Below, one piece after another: positions 35,571 through 38,686 of a DNA stretch of 38,686 bases. The notes beneath the pieces were generated by a model that did no database searches, was not told the origin of the DNA, and worked only from the letters and a program-made list of their open reading frames with translations. How positions within the stretch are numbered: position 1 is the first letter of the stretch; every line of letters begins with the position of its first letter. This DNA comes from an uncultured Dehalococcoidales bacterium (GTDB taxonomy: Bacteria > Chloroflexota > Dehalococcoidia > Dehalococcoidales > UBA1222). Made by a program: the position numbers and the translations under genes. The stretch is taken from assembly GCA_964427105.1 (NCBI GenBank), contig CAYRSY010000004.1, forward strand, positions 1 through 38,686. Direction: 5' to 3'.

Positions 35571-36786
35571 GGAAACGCTCTCTCAGAATGGTTTTAAGTA
35601 TGCGGCTGCCGTCACGGATGCTGTTAAGATGGCTTGTTCCGTAAACCCGTTTGTTTTCAAAACTGGGGAGCTCGGCAATCCTGAGTTTTGCCCTGCTGGC
35701 GCGCAGGTAGAGTTCGGCATCCATTTCAAAGCCGTCGCTGCGCAGCATAAGCTTCTTCAGCGCATTGCGGCGGAAGGCATGCAAACCATATACAAGGTCG
35801 GAATAACGGCTGCCGTACAGCGTATTGGCGGTGGTCGTCAAGCCCCAGTTGCCGAGTATGCGGTTCAGCGGCATGTCCAGCGTTCCACCGCCGGGCATAA
35901 AGCGCGAACCTTTTACTAGATCGTATCCTTCGCGCAGTTTCTGGATGAGCTTGTAAACCTCGGAGGGGCGAAAAGAACCGTCGGCATCGAAGGTTATGAT
36001 GAATTCCCTGGTGGCGTGATGGAATCCCATTTTAAGGGCATTGCCTTTTCCGCTGCCTTTTTGGTGCAGGATTACGGCATCCGGTCTGAGCCCTCTGGCG
36101 ATTTTCACCGTGTTGTCTTCTGAATGTCCGTCAACCACAACAATTTCTGCGCTGCGCGGCAGGTAGGGCAGTATTAGCGGCAGATTGTGTTCTTCATTCC
36201 GTGTGGGAATTATTATGGAGACATCCGACATCGGCAGCGCATTGGCCAGAATCCAGCGGGATGCCGATACAAAGTCTCTGGACACGAAATCTATATGCTT
36301 GTTGAAAGTCCTGTTATTTGAAAGCAGCTCCAGTTCCGGCAGTTTGCTGGGGACGATTATCGCATTGCAGCCAATGCCTCGGGCTATTTTCATGTCTTTA
36401 AACGAATCACCTATAAAGTACGAGCCAGCCGAATCGATTCCGTTATCAAGCAGTGTTTGCTCAAGGACGCTGCGGCATCCGTTTGCGCAAGCGCCATTAT
36501 AGCGGTATATCCCGTTTATCCGTGCGTCACCCAGTGTCAATTCCAGCGATTTTTCTCCGGAGAAAATACATTCCGCGCCTTCATGCGTGTTGTATATCTG
36601 CTCTCCGTCGAGCATGATTACATTGAAATTATGCTCATTGAAAAGCCTGATGCCGGCCGATACTGTCGGCAGCAGTTCGAAATCGACATAACCGTTGCCC
36701 GTTTTTTGTATAACGGCGCTGTTCTTGTCTATTAATACGGTATTGCTGGTCTTCACGGGAGTATCCTTCATTGTTTGAATGCTCAA
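35563..36786 (-). CDS. Fusion protein: N-terminal GmhB-like HAD domain with degenerate catalytic motifs plus a C-terminal GT2 of the polyprenyl-phosphate sugar synthase (Dpm1/ArnC-like) type
   Basis: The N-terminus aligns by eye with E. coli GmhB (TVLIDKNSAVI vs AIFLDRDGTIN; INGIYRY...CANGCRSV vs LDGIYYC...CDCRKP; SYFIGDSFKDM vs SYMVGDKLEDM). The C-terminus has VSIIIPTRNEEHNL...VVVDGHSEDNT...GKGNALKMG...ITFDADGS...VKGSRF. The start is TTG at 36786 or ATG at 36771. Confidence 0.75.
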   Translation of the reverse strand: MSIQTMKDTPVKTSNTVLIDKNSAVIQKTGNGYVDFELLPTVSAGIRLFNEHNFNVIMLDGEQIYNTHEGAECIFSGEKSLELTLGDARINGIYRYNGACANGCRSVLEQTLLDNGIDSAGSYFIGDSFKDMKIARGIGCNAIIVPSKLPELELLSNNRTFNKHIDFVSRDFVSASRWILANALPMSDVSIIIPTRNEEHNLPLILPYLPRSAEIVVVDGHSEDNTVKIARGLRPDAVILHQKGSGKGNALKMGFHHATREFIITFDADGSFRPSEVYKLIQKLREGYDLVKGSRFMPGGGTLDMPLNRILGNWGLTTTANTLYGSRYSDLVYGLHAFRRNALKKLMLRSDGFEMDAELYLRASRAKLRIAELPSFENKRVYGTSHLNSIRDGSRILKTILRERFRD

Positions 36787-36790
36787 TGTT

Positions 36791-37330
36791 TTATTTGTTT
36801 ATCGCTGAGAGCACTTCCCCGGTGCTGAACGGTTTGCAAACTACCCTCTGAATTCCGTATGACCTGGCTTGTTCTATCAGCATGGAATCGGGACGCCCGG
36901 TGATAAGCGTTATTGGCACAGAGGCATCTATTTCCCTGATATGGCGCAGCGTGTCCACACCGTTCATGTCCGGCATGTAAAGATCCACGAAAATGTGATC
37001 GAATTTTATTTCAGCCAGATTCTCCAATCCCCCTTCGCCGGAAGTTGCCGTAACAACCATGTGTCCTTCATTTTCCAGCACCCTGCGCATGACGTTGCAC
37101 ACGGATTCAGTGTCGTCGATTACCAGTATGTTGATCATTTTTTTATTTCGCCGCTTCAGTATTTCATCTATTTCCGAACGCGAGAAACGCATCCTTTCTC
37201 CGATGCGTATTACCGGCAGTGTCTTCTCTTTGACCATGTTGTATATGGTTTTTTTGGAGAAGTGCAGGTAAGAAGCCAGTTCGTCAACTGTCATCAGTTC
37301 ATCTTTATGTTTTTCTCTGCTTTGGGACAT
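36791..37330 (-). CDS. Response regulator with N-terminal excisionase/MerR-type HTH and C-terminal receiver domain
   Basis: LMTVDELASYLHFSKKTIYNMVKEKTLPVIRIGERMRFSRSEI is an HTH_17-like domain. It is followed by ILVIDDTES...HIFVDLYMPDMNG...ITLITG...CKPF, a canonical receiver. Confidence 0.8.
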   Translation of the reverse strand: MSQSREKHKDELMTVDELASYLHFSKKTIYNMVKEKTLPVIRIGERMRFSRSEIDEILKRRNKKMINILVIDDTESVCNVMRRVLENEGHMVVTATSGEGGLENLAEIKFDHIFVDLYMPDMNGVDTLRHIREIDASVPITLITGRPDSMLIEQARSYGIQRVVCKPFSTGEVLSAINK

Positions 37331-37526
37331 TTGTTTCTCTTGTAAGGTTATGTGAGCAATGATTAATTTGTTCCGTAAAAACTCCAGAAATTCTTCTGTA
37401 TAACACTATAATATGTAATAGTTTGTGGATGTAGAGCCTGCCAGCACTTAAAAATGAGCTCTTTGGTTCAATAATTATTGCCGTGAAGTGTCATCAGCAT
37501 TACTATTGTTTAGAAATCCCCGCTGA

Positions 37527-37552
37527 ATACCCGTCAGCTTGCTGGCGGGATG
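37527..37552 (+). repeat. Possible third, diverged copy of hairpin B of the dispersed repeat (ATA-CCCGTCAGCTTGCTGGCGGG-AT)
   Basis: It shares the ATACCC...GCTTGC...GGGA frame and the CTTG loop with 152-176 and 2146-2170, but the stem bases differ while staying complementary. Confidence 0.4.
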
Positions 37553-37630
37553 AAAGTGGCGCTGTCTTGTAATTTGTTAAAGTGGCACTGGATGCCCCCG
37601 GTTTGCCGTGGGTAGCTCACTTCTCTCCAG

Positions 37631-37665
37631 ATATAAAAAGAGCCGGCTGCAATTGCAGCTGGCTC
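37631..37665 (-). terminator. Rho-independent terminator of the surface-protein gene
   Basis: The minus strand reads GAGCCAGCTGC-AATT-GCAGCCGGCTC followed by TTTTTATAT. Confidence 0.8.
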
Positions 37666-37691
37666 CATTGCGGCGTTGTCTTTACCGGATA

Positions 37692-38686
37692 TTATGAACG
37701 CCTGACAAACAGGATTACAACTAAAACTATCAGAACTCCCCCGAAAATACCTCCTCCGATGATCCAGTCAATCGTCGGTGTGCTGGACATTGGCGTCGTA
37801 ACCGGCGGAGCCGATATGGTTGTTGTCGGGATTAACGAGGTAGTGGGAATCGTCGTCGTTGTGGTCGGCGGAGTAGTGGTTGCAATAATGGTCGAAGGCG
37901 TAGTATAAGTCTCTGTTGTTGTAGCAGGAGGCGCGCTTGTCGTCGTAGCCGGCGGCACAGAGGTTGTTGTTGTGGGAGGTAGTGTTGTAGTCGTAGTCGG
38001 CGGAACTGTGGTTACAGGCGGTGCGGATGTTATTATCGGCGGAATATAAGTCGGCTGTGGTATTACCAACCCGCCTCCACCGAAGGCTGTGCCTGCCAGG
38101 TCGGCCAGGCTGGGGGTGGTAGTATCGTTGATTACTGCCCACATGTAGCCGCTATAGGCTGGCGGGCCAGCGATATCAGCAGTGTTCACTCCTGTATTCG
38201 AACATGCTACCCACTCGTTGCCGTTCCACCAGTTCATTGTAAGCATGGATTCAATATGACCGTTGAGGTCGGCATTGGTATAGTACAGCCTGATCTCAAT
38301 TTCATTGACGCCGGATGTATCTCCGATATACACATCGATATATTTGCCGAGGTCTCCGGTGAAACTTCCGTCGCCGGGGTTATCGTTGTATTCCGCTACC
38401 GTCACAGTCGCGGTTCCATCAACCAGAACTTCGAGATTGGCTTCTGCTATAGCGTCAACAGTGTCGTTGGTTACTGTTTCAGTCTGGGTATATACCGTCA
38501 GCGCACCGAGCCAGGGGGCGTAATCCACATTGACGTTGATGGAGTCACCGGCGCCGGGCCCCACGCCGGAAGGTCCGCTGGCATCGCCCCACCAGTTATT
38601 GGTGGCGTCAACCACGGTGGCGGTTGTGTTATTGGCCCCGTAGGTCGTGTTGCCGGTGATGTCGTTAAAGTGTATAGAGTTGCCGG
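37692..38686 (-). CDS. Cell-surface (S-layer-like) protein, 5'-partial: beta-helix repeat region, beta-rich domain, ~95-aa Thr/Pro-rich linker, C-terminal TM anchor
   Basis: The frame stays open to the window edge (GNSIHFNDITGNTTYGANNTTATV precedes the track start). It has the NNWWGDASGPSG motif, the PPTTTTT linker and IIGGGIFGGVLIVLVVILFVRRS at the C-terminus. Confidence 0.75.
   Translation of the reverse strand, partial: GNSIHFNDITGNTTYGANNTTATVVDATNNWWGDASGPSGVGPGAGDSINVNVDYAPWLGALTVYTQTETVTNDTVDAIAEANLEVLVDGTATVTVAEYNDNPGDGSFTGDLGKYIDVYIGDTSGVNEIEIRLYYTNADLNGHIESMLTMNWWNGNEWVACSNTGVNTADIAGPPAYSGYMWAVINDTTTPSLADLAGTAFGGGGLVIPQPTYIPPIITSAPPVTTVPPTTTTTLPPTTTTSVPPATTTSAPPATTTETYTTPSTIIATTTPPTTTTTIPTTSLIPTTTISAPPVTTPMSSTPTIDWIIGGGIFGGVLIVLVVILFVRRS

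Noticed and set aside
35218-35919. 233-aa ORF antisense to the GT2 genes, with similar ORFs at 31317-31946, 16313-16942 and 12041-12763
   Set aside because: These are shadow ORFs opposite genes with clear family motifs.
37582-38142. Plus- and minus-strand alternative ORFs inside the Thr/Pro-rich linker region
   Set aside because: These are artefacts of the low-complexity ACC/ACT/GGT repeats. The frame carrying the TM anchor and the NNWWG motif is the coherent one.
1-38686. rRNA, tRNA or tmRNA genes
   Set aside because: Scanning the intergenic regions by eye found no T-loop (GGTTCGAATCC-like) or anticodon-arm patterns and no rRNA-like stretches. A tRNAscan/Infernal run would be definitive.

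Overview
This 38.7-kb window is probably from an anaerobic bacterium with a proteinaceous, archaeal-style envelope. Chloroflexota/Dehalococcoidia-like is my guess and cannot be proven from the window. Contents from left to right follow. (1) 1-2200: a lower-GC accessory patch with an IS3-type transposase remnant, a CPBP/Abi-family membrane protein whose catalytic motifs look degenerate, an AT-rich 0.8-kb non-coding gap, and two direct copies of an ~80-nt two-hairpin repeat. (2) 2209-10329, minus strand: a Tat-exported formate dehydrogenase operon ordered FeS subunit, NrfD-type membrane subunit, catalytic subunit, FdhE, FmdE-like. The catalytic gene is split in the ORF track by an in-frame TGA that I read as selenocysteine, with a SECIS-like hairpin just downstream. 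Upstream sit a GntR-HTH/PBP-like regulator and an 11-bp perfect inverted repeat overlapping a TTGACA-N17-TATCTT promoter. (3) 10563-13698: a CDF metal transporter and amtB-glnK. (4) 13842-17931: an OmpR-type regulator lacking the phospho-acceptor pocket, and a FecBCD/Btu-type ABC importer whose lipoprotein has a Thr-rich linker. (5) 18305 to the end: a ~20-kb envelope glycosylation locus. It contains DUF1616, a Wzx-like flippase, an FrhB-like FeS protein convergent with an AT-rich (probably acquired) pyruvyl transferase, and two unrecognisable translationally coupled proteins. It also contains three SAM methyltransferases, GT4 and GT2 enzymes, a large polytopic membrane protein, GDP-heptose genes (gmhA, hddA, hddC plus an SDR epimerase), and a GT2 fused to a catalytically degenerate GmhB-like HAD domain. 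An HTH-receiver regulator and a Thr/Pro-rich, C-terminally anchored beta-helix surface protein follow; the surface protein runs off the window. I found no rRNA, tRNA or CRISPR array. The most novel-looking part is the heptose/methyl/pyruvyl glycosylation operon, specifically the degenerate GmhB-GT2 fusion, the two unknown proteins and the polytopic membrane protein. It lies next to Thr-rich surface proteins that may be its targets. All family calls are by-eye motif recognition and need database confirmation.
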